This document shows positions 19,889 to 29,800 of a stretch of 64,000 nucleotides of DNA, in pieces. The notes below the pieces were generated by a model that did no database searches, was not told where the DNA came from, and saw nothing but the letters and a program-made list of their open reading frames with translations. The first letter of the stretch is position 1; each line of letters begins with the position of its first letter. Position numbers and translations under genes: made by a program. This DNA comes from Sulfurospirillaceae bacterium (GTDB taxonomy: Bacteria; Campylobacterota; Campylobacteria; Campylobacterales; Sulfurospirillaceae), in NCBI GenBank assembly GCA_033723415.1, contig JAWVXD010000002.1:96001-160000 (forward strand), written 5' to 3'.

Positions 19889-19941
19889 CTTTAAAATAGT
19901 CAACCTTATATTAAATCCATACTATTTTAAAGTGAATTATA
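19889..19941 (-). promoter_or_regulatory. moaA -10 box and 12-bp inverted repeat spanning the 5' UTR
   Basis: TATAAT at 19936-19941; perfect inverted repeat CTTTAAAATAGT (19889-19900) / ACTATTTTAAAG (19921-19932) reaching into the AAAGGA SD. Confidence 0.55.
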
Positions 19942-20052
19942 CCTATCTCAGCTAACAATTATATAAAATGAAAAATTATATTTTTTTATTGATATAGTTT
20001 TGCGTAGTTAAAAAAATAAGGAAGCAAAAAACATTCTTTTGCGTTACCGTTT

Positions 20053-20970
20053 TTATTGATTTTTGCTTCTATTTCTATCTAAAACATCTTTTTGTTGCGT
20101 TTTTTTTGTAGATTTCTTTGCCATAAAACTGATGGTAACACGTCTATTTTTTTTACGCCCTTCTTCTGTAGTATTTGAAGCTATCGGTCTGTATTGTCCA
20201 TAACCAACAACCCCCAGTCTATTTCCGTCTATTCCATCTTGCATCAAGACTTTAACGACAGATAAAGCTCTTGCTGCCGATAACTGCCAATTGTCCTTGT
20301 ATGCTGAATCTTTTGAGGGTGCTATATTGTCTGTATATCCATTGACTAGGATATCAGTACTTTTTGGCATTTCCTTCATGATAAGAACTATTCTTTTGAG
20401 TAGTAATGTAGCATCTACACTTGTAATTTTTGCACTATCTTTTTTAAATAAAAGCGAAGCAGGCAGATTTATAATAAAACCCTTTTCTGATTCTTTGATT
20501 GATATCTCTGTCCCGGCATCTTGCTTTTTTATCATCTCGTTCGCACTGGCAATACTTTTCTTGATCTGAGGATTTTGCATCAGCAATCCTCCTTGTATGG
20601 CAGTACTAGAACTTGAGAGAAGATCACTAGAAGTACTTTTTTGTGAATCACCCTGGCTTGAATTAGGAGTTCCTCCGCTTAATACACTCTTTGCTCCCGG
20701 AAGTGAACCGGACAAAGATGTCGAAGCACTTTTTGAAGCTTCTCCGGATCTTGGGCTCATGCGAATCACAGGATTCATCTGTTCAGGCTTTGGGGTATAT
20801 GAATATATCTGTACAAAAGCTGCTTTTAAAGCATCCATCTTTTTCTTATTTACTGAAGCTAGGGCATAAAGAGCAATGAAAAGAGCCAATAAAAGGCTTA
20901 AGAAATCCGCATAAGGAACGGCCCATTTTTCACCGGCAGGACATTCTGTTTTTTTGCATTTCTTTTTCAA
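20053..20970 (-). CDS. motB: Flagellar stator protein MotB
   Basis: WAVPYADFLSLLLALFI TM with the conserved Asp; OmpA-like domain NWQLSAARA...NRRV. Confidence 0.97.
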   Translation of the reverse strand: MKKKCKKTECPAGEKWAVPYADFLSLLLALFIALYALASVNKKKMDALKAAFVQIYSYTPKPEQMNPVIRMSPRSGEASKSASTSLSGSLPGAKSVLSGGTPNSSQGDSQKSTSSDLLSSSSTAIQGGLLMQNPQIKKSIASANEMIKKQDAGTEISIKESEKGFIINLPASLLFKKDSAKITSVDATLLLKRIVLIMKEMPKSTDILVNGYTDNIAPSKDSAYKDNWQLSAARALSVVKVLMQDGIDGNRLGVVGYGQYRPIASNTTEEGRKKNRRVTISFMAKKSTKKTQQKDVLDRNRSKNQ

Positions 20971-20982
20971 GCTCTATTTCCT

Positions 20983-21756
20983 TTATTTATCAAATTTACT
21001 TTGTTTTTCTTCAACAGGAGAAAAGTAGTTAAAAAGCTTACTCTCTAGTGCTCTTGGATTATCACCTGAGGCTATACCGACGATACCTGCCAAAATTATA
21101 TTTTTTTCTTGAATGATTGTACGAGATTTACCTTTTAATTTATTTCCTATCGGCCCTATAAACATATAGGCTCCGGCAATCCCTGTAACAGTTGCCGTAA
21201 AAGCTCCCGCGATTCCCTCAGCCATAGCAACCGGATCATCTAGTTTTTGAAGAGCAAGGATGAGACCCATAACAGCACCTACTAGACCCATAACGGGACA
21301 AGTTTCGCCTGCTAGCAGCCAATAATGTGAGGCACCGTGATAATACTCTTCAGTCTCTTCTATTAAATGTTCCATAGTAGATTCAATTTCATCAATCTCG
21401 ATTCCGTCAATCGACATACTAAGCCCTTTTTTAAAGAACTCATCATCAATATCTTTTACATGTGACTCTAAAGCAAGGATGCCATCTCTTCTTGCAATAA
21501 TCGAAAGATCGACTATCTCGCTAATTCTGGCAGCAAAATCAATAGGAGTCTTTTTAAACACGACTTTTAACTCTTTAAAAGCTGCTCGTACATACTCACC
21601 GTTAGTACCGGTCATAGCGTTTGCCATTGCCGTAGGTATAACAATAAGAAAAGATGTGATATGTAAAAGACCAATTGGATTTCCACCATCCAATAAATCT
21701 CCTATAACCAATGATGTAACGGCAAGAACCATTCCTAAAACAACTGTTAAATCCAA
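20983..21756 (-). CDS. motA: Flagellar stator protein MotA
   Basis: ARRDGILALE, GETCPVMGLVGAVMGL and AFTATVTGI; TTG start after GGAG. Confidence 0.97.
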   Translation of the reverse strand: MDLTVVLGMVLAVTSLVIGDLLDGGNPIGLLHITSFLIVIPTAMANAMTGTNGEYVRAAFKELKVVFKKTPIDFAARISEIVDLSIIARRDGILALESHVKDIDDEFFKKGLSMSIDGIEIDEIESTMEHLIEETEEYYHGASHYWLLAGETCPVMGLVGAVMGLILALQKLDDPVAMAEGIAGAFTATVTGIAGAYMFIGPIGNKLKGKSRTIIQEKNIILAGIVGIASGDNPRALESKLFNYFSPVEEKQSKFDK

Positions 21757-21807
21757 AGCATTACTCCAAAAAAATCTTTTTTAATTTATTTTAAACCTCA
21801 GCAAAAG

Positions 21808-21834
21808 AGATCGTCCAAAAAAGAAAAAACTTTA
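21808..21834 (-). promoter_or_regulatory. Sigma-28 (FliA)-type promoter for motAB
   Basis: Minus strand TAAA-N15-GACGATCT versus consensus TAAA-N15-GCCGATAA; spacer counted as exactly 15 nt. Confidence 0.65.
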
Positions 21835-21894
21835 TCTTGATTGCTGAAGGTCATCTTATTTAGTTATATATTTTACCGGTTTTATCTGCTCAAA

Positions 21895-22608
21895 TCACCG
21901 TTTTGACAAAAGCTGCATAGGCTTAAAAAAATCTATAGCTGATTTATCTTTTATAAAGCCGACATTATAAGGATGTGGTGTTTTATGAGTTTTAAACTGC
22001 TTTGAAATTTCTAATTTTTTTTCTATCATGTCTGCTATATTACCAAATAGAATAATTTCTATGTCATTATCTTTTAAACTGTGTAATAATTTATCCATAA
22101 AAGGTAAAAATTGACGAGCATGATAAGAAGTATCTTTTTTTGAAGTAAATATCAAAGCTGTATTTAGCAGTAAAACTCCATTTGATTCAAAATTATTCTT
22201 TAGATCAATAATACAGGATATGATATTTTCTTTAGAAACTTTCAATATCTCTTCTTGAGACGTATTATTTATATCTAGCTTGCCATCTGACACCAATAGC
22301 ATTTTTATAAAATTTCTAAGACTTGTAGCTTTATTTACACTTTTACTCAATCCTGATTCACTAAAAAGTTCATTAACTAGCCCATCAATAAAAGCATAAC
22401 CTATGGCACTGTCTTTTCTTGGATAAGGATCTTGCCCGAATAAAATATATTTTGTATCTTCTAATGCAAGGGTTTTGAATGCATTTAAAAAGTTATTTTT
22501 ATCTGGAAAATAGTTATTGTCATTCTCTAAAAAATCTCTATACTTTTTATCTAATGAACTATAACATTCACTGACAATCTCTTGCCATGATGGATGAACT
22601 TGTATCAC
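21895..22608 (-). CDS. Uracil-DNA glycosylase family protein (divergent family 1)
   Basis: ILFGQDPYP, GVLLLNTAL and C-terminal PHP motif. Confidence 0.85.
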   Translation of the reverse strand: MIQVHPSWQEIVSECYSSLDKKYRDFLENDNNYFPDKNNFLNAFKTLALEDTKYILFGQDPYPRKDSAIGYAFIDGLVNELFSESGLSKSVNKATSLRNFIKMLLVSDGKLDINNTSQEEILKVSKENIISCIIDLKNNFESNGVLLLNTALIFTSKKDTSYHARQFLPFMDKLLHSLKDNDIEIILFGNIADMIEKKLEISKQFKTHKTPHPYNVGFIKDKSAIDFFKPMQLLSKR

Positions 22609-23111
22609 TTCAGATTTGCCAATTTCAATATCAAATCAACTTCACCTATACCTATTCTCAAATCTTTTGCGATCATCGCCTCGCTTTTCCCTGCTTGATA
22701 TTGAGAGATAATGATCTTTTCATTTGACTCCGTTGTTTTTATTTGGGAAAAATTTTTTTCTTTAGTCCGATTTTCCAACAAATCAATCCTGTTAATTTGT
22801 TCATTTTGAAAAGTCTGCATGATCTCTTCTATCTCTTTAATAGAATCAACCATAGGTCTAATCGAATTTTGCACTTCAAATTCTACTAATTGCTGTATCT
22901 CATCTTTAAAATTTATCATGTGGGATTCATTGCTTTTGGATAATTTGTCCATATTCCTCGATAATCTATGATTTTCAAGGTTTAAATCCTCTATGATCCT
23001 TTCATAAATACTAAGCTTTTTAGAAACTTCTTGATCTCTTACTATCATGAAGAAGAAAAGGATCACAACCAATATTATAAGTGCTATAAGTCCCAACGAT
23101 TCTATATTCAC
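22605..23111 (-). CDS. Membrane-anchored coiled-coil protein with C-terminal HTH; probable FlgW (Cj0162c-like) motility protein
   Basis: N-terminal TM, coiled coil and IAKDLRIGIGEVDLILKL; assignment rests on recalled synteny between ubiA/mqnP and moaA in C. jejuni. Confidence 0.6.
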   Translation of the reverse strand: MNIESLGLIALIILVVILFFFMIVRDQEVSKKLSIYERIIEDLNLENHRLSRNMDKLSKSNESHMINFKDEIQQLVEFEVQNSIRPMVDSIKEIEEIMQTFQNEQINRIDLLENRTKEKNFSQIKTTESNEKIIISQYQAGKSEAMIAKDLRIGIGEVDLILKLANLK

Positions 23112-23650
23112 GAAAAACCATCCTTTAACGCTTTCATTTCCCTAATTATGGCTCTCTCTCTAGCATTCATATAAAAACTCCAATCTTTCTTGTCTTTTTC
23201 ATGGAGCATATATATCTGTGCAATATTTGAGTCCAATCCAATAAAAAATACCGGAACTTCTCTTTTTGGAAATACAGGCATAAAGATCCTGCCATAGTAC
23301 TTAACGTTTTCTTTCAAATTTCCCTCTATCAATTTAAAATGTTCATGCCCTATACCTTCTATATCTTTGTTATATTGAAGGTCTATAAAATCCGGTTTTT
23401 CGTTCTTGACAAAGGCACTGAGTTCATCTACTTTTCGGTGTAGTTCAACCAACAAAGTAAGTAGTACTTGATCACTTTCTCCAGTCTCGCCTCTGGCTTT
23501 GGCTAACTTTAACCACTGGCCTAGGTTGTCATCATCTATATTTGATAGTTTGTCATACTCTCTTTTATACATCTCTTCATTATCATCGATCTCATCAAAC
23601 CAAATTTTAAGAGGTGCTTCTACAAAACGAATATCATTACTCATAATCAA
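23108..23650 (-). CDS. Degenerate PilZ-like protein; probable stator chaperone FlgX (Cj0163c-like)
   Basis: LLVELHRKVD helix, predicted beta-rich region and C-terminal RERAIIRE helix without RxxxR/DxSxxG; directly downstream of mqnP as recalled for C. jejuni. Confidence 0.55.
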   Translation of the reverse strand: MIMSNDIRFVEAPLKIWFDEIDDNEEMYKREYDKLSNIDDDNLGQWLKLAKARGETGESDQVLLTLLVELHRKVDELSAFVKNEKPDFIDLQYNKDIEGIGHEHFKLIEGNLKENVKYYGRIFMPVFPKREVPVFFIGLDSNIAQIYMLHEKDKKDWSFYMNARERAIIREMKALKDGFS

Positions 23651-24534
23651 ACTCCACTTAGTATTAGTCTATCCAACCATATAAATACAAAAAATATAAT
23701 CCCTAGATAGCCGTTTAATGTAAAAAATGCTTTATCTATCTTGGAAAAGTCTTTTGCAACAATTTTATGCTCTTGATAAAGTATTATAGCAGATATTGCA
23801 ACGCCGATGTAAGCAATAACACTTAAATCTGCCAAATAAACAAATAAAATCCAAAATAATATAGTTTGTGCATGAAAAAGTTTTGATATAAAGAAAGTAG
23901 CATCTTTACCGTATTTTGATGGAATTGAAAAAAGGTTATTTGCCTGGTCGTATTCCATGTCTTGCAAAGAGTATAAAAGATCAAATCCCGCAACCCAATA
24001 CATGACACCGATACACAACATGACAGCCCAAAGAGGGATATTTTCTCCTACTGCTACAGCACCTGCAATAGGAGCCAAACCCAAAGAAAGACCCAAAACA
24101 AGATGAGCAGTCTCTGAAAACCTTTTAAATATGGAATACCCGCCTAATATTGCTAAAATAGGAAAAGAAAGATAAAAAGCCAGATGATTTATAAAATACG
24201 CTACGACAATAAATATAATTGCATTTGCTACGATGAAGATTATCATATTTGTCTCACCGACTCTACCGTCAACACTTGGTCTATTTGCAGTTCTTGGATT
24301 GTATTTATCTATATCTTTATCTGCCCATCTGTTGAATCCCATAGCAAAACTCCGAGCACTGACCGCTGCCAACAGTCCTAATATCAGCAATCTCCATCCA
24401 AACCACATAGTTCCGTTTAGCAAAGAAGAGGAAACGATCATGGCCACAAATATAAACGGCAGCGCAAAAATCGAATGCTTAAACACGATCAAATCATTTA
24501 TACTTTTTATAGTATCTATATATCTTTTCAACAT
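23647..24534 (-). CDS. mqnP: UbiA-family prenyltransferase (MqnP, futalosine menaquinone pathway)
   Basis: NRWADKDIDKYNPRTANRP and GFDLLYSLQDMEYD Asp-rich motifs; multiple TM helices. Confidence 0.8.
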   Translation of the reverse strand: MLKRYIDTIKSINDLIVFKHSIFALPFIFVAMIVSSSLLNGTMWFGWRLLILGLLAAVSARSFAMGFNRWADKDIDKYNPRTANRPSVDGRVGETNMIIFIVANAIIFIVVAYFINHLAFYLSFPILAILGGYSIFKRFSETAHLVLGLSLGLAPIAGAVAVGENIPLWAVMLCIGVMYWVAGFDLLYSLQDMEYDQANNLFSIPSKYGKDATFFISKLFHAQTILFWILFVYLADLSVIAYIGVAISAIILYQEHKIVAKDFSKIDKAFFTLNGYLGIIFFVFIWLDRLILSGV

Positions 24535-24607
24535 AATCCTTTATCAAAGAGTGCGTAATCCAACACTTCATTTTAATCACAAATTTTACTACAAATGAGA
24601 TTAAAAG

Positions 24608-24616
24608 TGTTATAAT
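24608..24616 (+). promoter_or_regulatory. Extended -10 promoter for dadA-miaA
   Basis: TGTTATAAT about 70 nt upstream of the AGGAG-preceded ATG at 24684. Confidence 0.6.
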
Positions 24617-24683
24617 TTCACTTTATTGCATAACTTTTAAAGTTTTTCAGGAAAAACTTATAAACTGCAAAGGAGAAGTACAT

Positions 24684-25922
24684 ATGAGAGATGTTATCAT
24701 CATAGGCGGTGGTGTTATCGGTTTAATGTGTGCTTATTCATTAAACAAAAGCGGCAGAAAAGTAACGGTAATAGATAAAGGAGATATAACGGATTCCACT
24801 TCATTTGGTAATGCCGGCGTGCTCTCTGCATTTGACGAAAATCCACTCTCAAGACCCGGTATTTTAGTAGATACTATCAAGCTGATGCTGCAGGGGAAAA
24901 GTCCTGTCGTTATCCATCCTACCTTAGATATCCATATACACAAATGGCTTCTGAAATTTTTGTTGAACGCAACACCTGAACGACTTAAAAAAACTCTTGT
25001 ACTCTTTGAGAGATATGGAGATTCGAGTATTAAGCTTTATAAAAAAATGATTAAAGAGTCTGAACTTGATTTTGACTTTCATCATAATGGTCTGCTTATG
25101 TTATACACTGAACTTGAATCTTTCCAAAAACAAACGAAAAAAACCGCCGACAGCACGCACTATCAAATACTAGACAAACATGAGACAAAAGAGTATGTTC
25201 CTTTCATAAAGGAAAATATACAAGGTTCTGTTCTTTTAAAAAGAAATGCCCACCTAGATCCGGGACTCATGATGAGAAATTTGCATCAATACCTTGAAAA
25301 TGAAGGTGTAGAATTCCTTTTAAATGAAGAAGTGATAGATCTAGAATTAAATTTTTCAAAGATAGGTAAAGTTATCACGACAAAAGATTCATATAGTGCT
25401 GATACTGTGATAATGTCCACAGGTGCCGATACGTCACTAGCCAAAAAAACCGAAACGGAACTGATGTTAACTCCTGCAAAAGGCTACAGTATTACTTTTG
25501 AGATGGATGAAACATTTAGACCCAAAACTCCTATTATATTTGCGGACCAGTTCATAGGTTTTGCTCCTAGAAAAAATGACATGAGGATTACTGGAAAACT
25601 AGAGATCGCAAGCAGAAATAAGTTTATTGATAAAGAAAAGATCGATAGTATCATAAAAAATTTAAAAAAATACAGTATTGATTTTGAAATGAAAAACCAA
25701 AAATTATGGACCGGATTTAGGCCACTTACTCCAAATGACATGCCTCTTATCGGAAGAGATGAAACATATAACAACCTTATTTATGCTACAGGGCTTGGCT
25801 GGCTTGGTATAACCTTTGGACCGGTTATAGGCAAGATCATAAATGACCTAGTAACGAAAAATGAAGCTAATACTGACAATATAGATATACTATTGTTTTC
25901 AGGTTTTTACCAAGGTTCATGA
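24684..25922 (+). CDS. dadA: D-amino acid dehydrogenase (DadA-like FAD oxidoreductase)
   Basis: IGGGVIG, TSFGNAG, PAKGYSIT, WTGFRPLTPNDMPLIG and G.GWLGITFGP. Confidence 0.85.
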   Translation: MRDVIIIGGGVIGLMCAYSLNKSGRKVTVIDKGDITDSTSFGNAGVLSAFDENPLSRPGILVDTIKLMLQGKSPVVIHPTLDIHIHKWLLKFLLNATPERLKKTLVLFERYGDSSIKLYKKMIKESELDFDFHHNGLLMLYTELESFQKQTKKTADSTHYQILDKHETKEYVPFIKENIQGSVLLKRNAHLDPGLMMRNLHQYLENEGVEFLLNEEVIDLELNFSKIGKVITTKDSYSADTVIMSTGADTSLAKKTETELMLTPAKGYSITFEMDETFRPKTPIIFADQFIGFAPRKNDMRITGKLEIASRNKFIDKEKIDSIIKNLKKYSIDFEMKNQKLWTGFRPLTPNDMPLIGRDETYNNLIYATGLGWLGITFGPVIGKIINDLVTKNEANTDNIDILLFSGFYQGS

Positions 25923-26815
25923 AAACTATAGCAATATTGGGTCCAACTGCATCAGGAAAGACTTCTTTGTCAATAGAATTAGCAACTGAATATAATGCAA
26001 ATATTCTCTCTTTAGACTCTTTAAGCATATATAAAGAAATAGACATAGCTTCTGCAAAACCGACACTTGAAGAGAGAGGAAACATAAAACACTTCGGAAT
26101 TGATGAAATTTTTCCGGATGAAACTTTTAATGTTTCGATATATTTTGATTTTTACAAAAAAGCAATGGACGAGTCCATCAAAAATAGTAAAAACCTTATA
26201 ATTGTAGGAGGCACAGGATTTTATCTTAAATCGCTCATCTCCGGATTAAGCAATAAGCCAATAATCTCAAACAAGACTAAAGAAGAAGTTGCAAAAACTT
26301 TACTGGATCTGGATCAAGCATATGAAATTTTATCCCGGTATGACACAGAATATGCAAATAAAATCTCTTCAAATGATGCATATAGAATTGAAAAATGGTT
26401 TGAAATATATATTGAAAGCGGGATAACAGTAAGTGATTTCTTTCAAGAAAATAAGCAAAAGCCACTCATCGACAATTTAGATATTTTTGAGATAGAAGTA
26501 TCTAAAGATGATCTAAGAGAAAAAATTTCACTCAGGACAGAGATCATGATACAAAACGGCTTGATAGATGAAGCTGTTTACCTGGAAAACAGATACACAA
26601 GGACTCCAAACTCGCTCAAATCTATAGGTATAAAAGAGACATTTGAATATCTTGACGGATTGATAAGCAAGGATGAATTGAAAGAAAAGATAGTTACAAA
26701 TACTGCTAAATTAGCAAAAAGACAAATGACTTTTAATAAAACCCAATTTGAAAATCGAATTGTAGGAAATACTGATTTAATATTTAAAGAAGCAAAAGAG
26801 ATCTTTAATCTTTAG
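25919..26815 (+). CDS. miaA: tRNA dimethylallyltransferase
   Basis: GPTASGKT, DSLSIYK...SAKP, VGGTGFY and LAKRQMTF. Confidence 0.97.
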   Translation: MKTIAILGPTASGKTSLSIELATEYNANILSLDSLSIYKEIDIASAKPTLEERGNIKHFGIDEIFPDETFNVSIYFDFYKKAMDESIKNSKNLIIVGGTGFYLKSLISGLSNKPIISNKTKEEVAKTLLDLDQAYEILSRYDTEYANKISSNDAYRIEKWFEIYIESGITVSDFFQENKQKPLIDNLDIFEIEVSKDDLREKISLRTEIMIQNGLIDEAVYLENRYTRTPNSLKSIGIKETFEYLDGLISKDELKEKIVTNTAKLAKRQMTFNKTQFENRIVGNTDLIFKEAKEIFNL

Positions 26816-29800
26816 GATTTCGTTTCAATCTATTTAGCATCATTATCATGTCATCTCTATGTCTATAAATTTCGGCTAAACTTTCACTTAAATTTTCTAT
26901 AGATTGATATTTACACTCATCACATAACTTCTGAGATGCGTCATGCAGTTTATTGTGCAACATAAAGATAGGCTCTAATAAATCTTTTCCAAAATGTTCA
27001 AGTCCTTCTTGTTGAAGCCATTGTCCAAAAGAACAATCTGTAGAATTCATTTGTGGCATAAAAGGAGATCTTTTGTATACATAGTTTTCAAGCATATCTA
27101 TCCAAGACCTATGTCTGACAATAGCATGTAAAATTGGGAAATCCTCTCTATCATAAAGGATCGTATTTCTCCAAATTTCCGGTAACTTCCAGCTATCAAC
27201 CCAACCTTTAACATTCTCGGCACTCATCGGCTTTGCTATGCCGTACCCTTGTGCATACTTACAACCCATCTGAATGAGCATAACTCCATGTGCAAGTGTT
27301 TCAACTCCCTCTGCTATAACTTTTTGGTTAAAGGCATTGGCTAGCCCTAAAATGCCATCCAATATAGAAAAATCATTTGGATCATCAAGCATATCTCTTA
27401 CAAAACTTTGATCTATTTTCAAAAGATCTATAGGTAATTTTTTTAAATAAATCAATGATGAATATCCCGTACCAAAATCATCCAAAGAAAATTTAAAACC
27501 TAATTTTTTTGCCTCTTTAATCAATTTAGATACTCTAGCTAAATCCTGCAGAGCACTTGTTTCTAAGATTTCTAATTCTATGTTGGCAGGGGAAACATCT
27601 TTGTATAGCCGTATTGTTTCTTCTAAAAATTCTATGAAATCGTGGCTGAGTAATTGTTTTGCATTAACATTTATACTGACATTGACATTTATTCCCTCTT
27701 TTTGCCAAGTTCTCACCTGCTCAAAAGCATTTCTTATAACCCATTTACCGACATCTATAGAAAGCACATGTTCTTCAATAACCGGTAGGAAGATAGCCGG
27801 AGGCAAGATTCCTTTTGTCGGGTGCTTCCATCTTATCAATGCTTCAAAACCTATAATTTCACCCGTTCTCATATCTACCTTAGGCTGATAATAAAGTATA
27901 AATTCTTTATGTTCAAATGCCTTTCTGATATCTTCAATATTTGCATAATTTCCACGGACATTTTTGTCTTCTTGCTCATCAAATATATGATATCGGTTTT
28001 TACCGGATAACTTAGCTTGATACATAGCCTGATCAGCTTGTCTTATCAATTGATCAGCTTCTACAACTTCGGACTGTGGATAAAAAGTAACTCCTACGCT
28101 CGCTGAGACTTTTAGCATTATATTACCGCATAGAATCGGTTTATTGACAACTTCTAAAAGTCTTTTAAGCATTGGTATACACATTTGTGTATCTACAATA
28201 TTTTGTAATACAATGACAAATTCGTCTCCACCTAATCGTGCCAAAGTATCTTCTTCTCTAAGTGTCTTTTTCATCTCGTTCGAAATTTCTACTAGTAAAT
28301 CGTCTCCTATTTCATGCCCGAATCTGTCATTGATTGTTTTAAAACCATCTAGATCCAAAAATAGAACAGCTACTAAATGATTGTTCCTTTTGGTTTCTAT
28401 CAGCGCTCTTTGCAATCTCTCGCTCAATAGAAGTCTGTTTGGCAAATTTGTTAAGGCATCATGATGTGCTATGTATTCTAACTGCTCTTCATGCTCTTTT
28501 AAAAATGTAATATCAGAAAAGATTGCTACAAATTGTTTTGGAACATTTTTTTTATCAAAAATCGTGCTGATCGTGAGCATTTCAGCATAAATTTCACCGT
28601 TTTTTCGTTTATTCCAAATCTCACCGTACCAATGCCCTTTAGTAGTGAGGTCATTCCACATTCTTTTATAAAAAACCTCATCATGAACTCCAGATTTTAG
28701 TATTGAAATCTTTTCGCCCACAACTTCACTTTTTGAATAACCCGTGATATACGTAAATGCATCATTAATATCCATAATAGTACCGTCTGTATTGACAATT
28801 ACTATACCTTCTCTTGCATGACTAAATACACTTGCCGCAAGATAGAGTTTTTCCTGTGATTTTTTCTCTTCGGTTATATCTCTAAACTCTACAGCTCTGA
28901 CAATTTTCCCATCATAAGGCATTAATTTCGCTTCTAGTCTCACCGGATATAAAGTGCCGTCTTTTTTTATTCCGATAACCTCATAAGGTTTTGTATATCC
29001 TGTAGTTATCTTGTCTTTGACATCTTCAACATATTGTTCAGATATAAGTTTCAGTCCATCCATACCTATTAATTCTGCATGTGAATATCCTGAAATACTT
29101 TGCATTCTTTCATTACACTCTAAGATTGTACCTTTATTGTGTATAATTATGCCGCTGAAAGAACCCTCTAAAAGCGCTTTAACTCTTTTTTGGCTATCTT
29201 TCAATCTACTATTTATAATATATAGTCTAACAAGTCCAAAGATTAACATCAACCCAACAATAATTAAAAATGCCAATATTTCATTTTCGTAGTACTTTAG
29301 AATATCCTTAAGGCGTATTTTTTGTAGATTGTTAAAAGGTGCAATCTTTAATTTTTTCAATATTTCTTCAACATGATCATAATTTGCCGCTATTCCAAAT
29401 CGTTGTTTTTCATTTGATTTTGAAACGTCATTTCCCATGCTCAAAATTGTCCCTGCAATAATATTTACGATTTTTTTGTCAGTAGAAGGCATCGCGCTGA
29501 TCGGCCAAAGTGGATAAAGATCAGTTGATAGAGCAAAAGGAAGTTCTTCACTCTTTTGTTCATTGATGATTTTGAATTCCTTCATATCTATTTTGTGCTC
29601 ATGTGCTAAACTTTCCAACACTCCCGCTCTTACGAAACCGACATCAGCCTCTTTTTTTAAAACAGCATAAACCACTCTATCTTGAGGCATACCAGTAGGT
29701 ATCAGCTTGGCAGATTTTGAGAAAGAGATACCACGCTTTTTCAACTCATATAGCTCCATTATATATCCTCCAAAAGCCTCCTTTGATACAAATGCTACCT

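Noticed and set aside
19881..20052. Moco riboswitch or ModE box upstream of moaA
   Set aside because: The predicted UTR is only about 50 nt, and neither consensus is visible.
21797..21805. CTCAGCAAA shared between the motA upstream repeat and the nuo insert
   Set aside because: Only nine nucleotides, in opposite orientation relative to transcription, with no flanking similarity.
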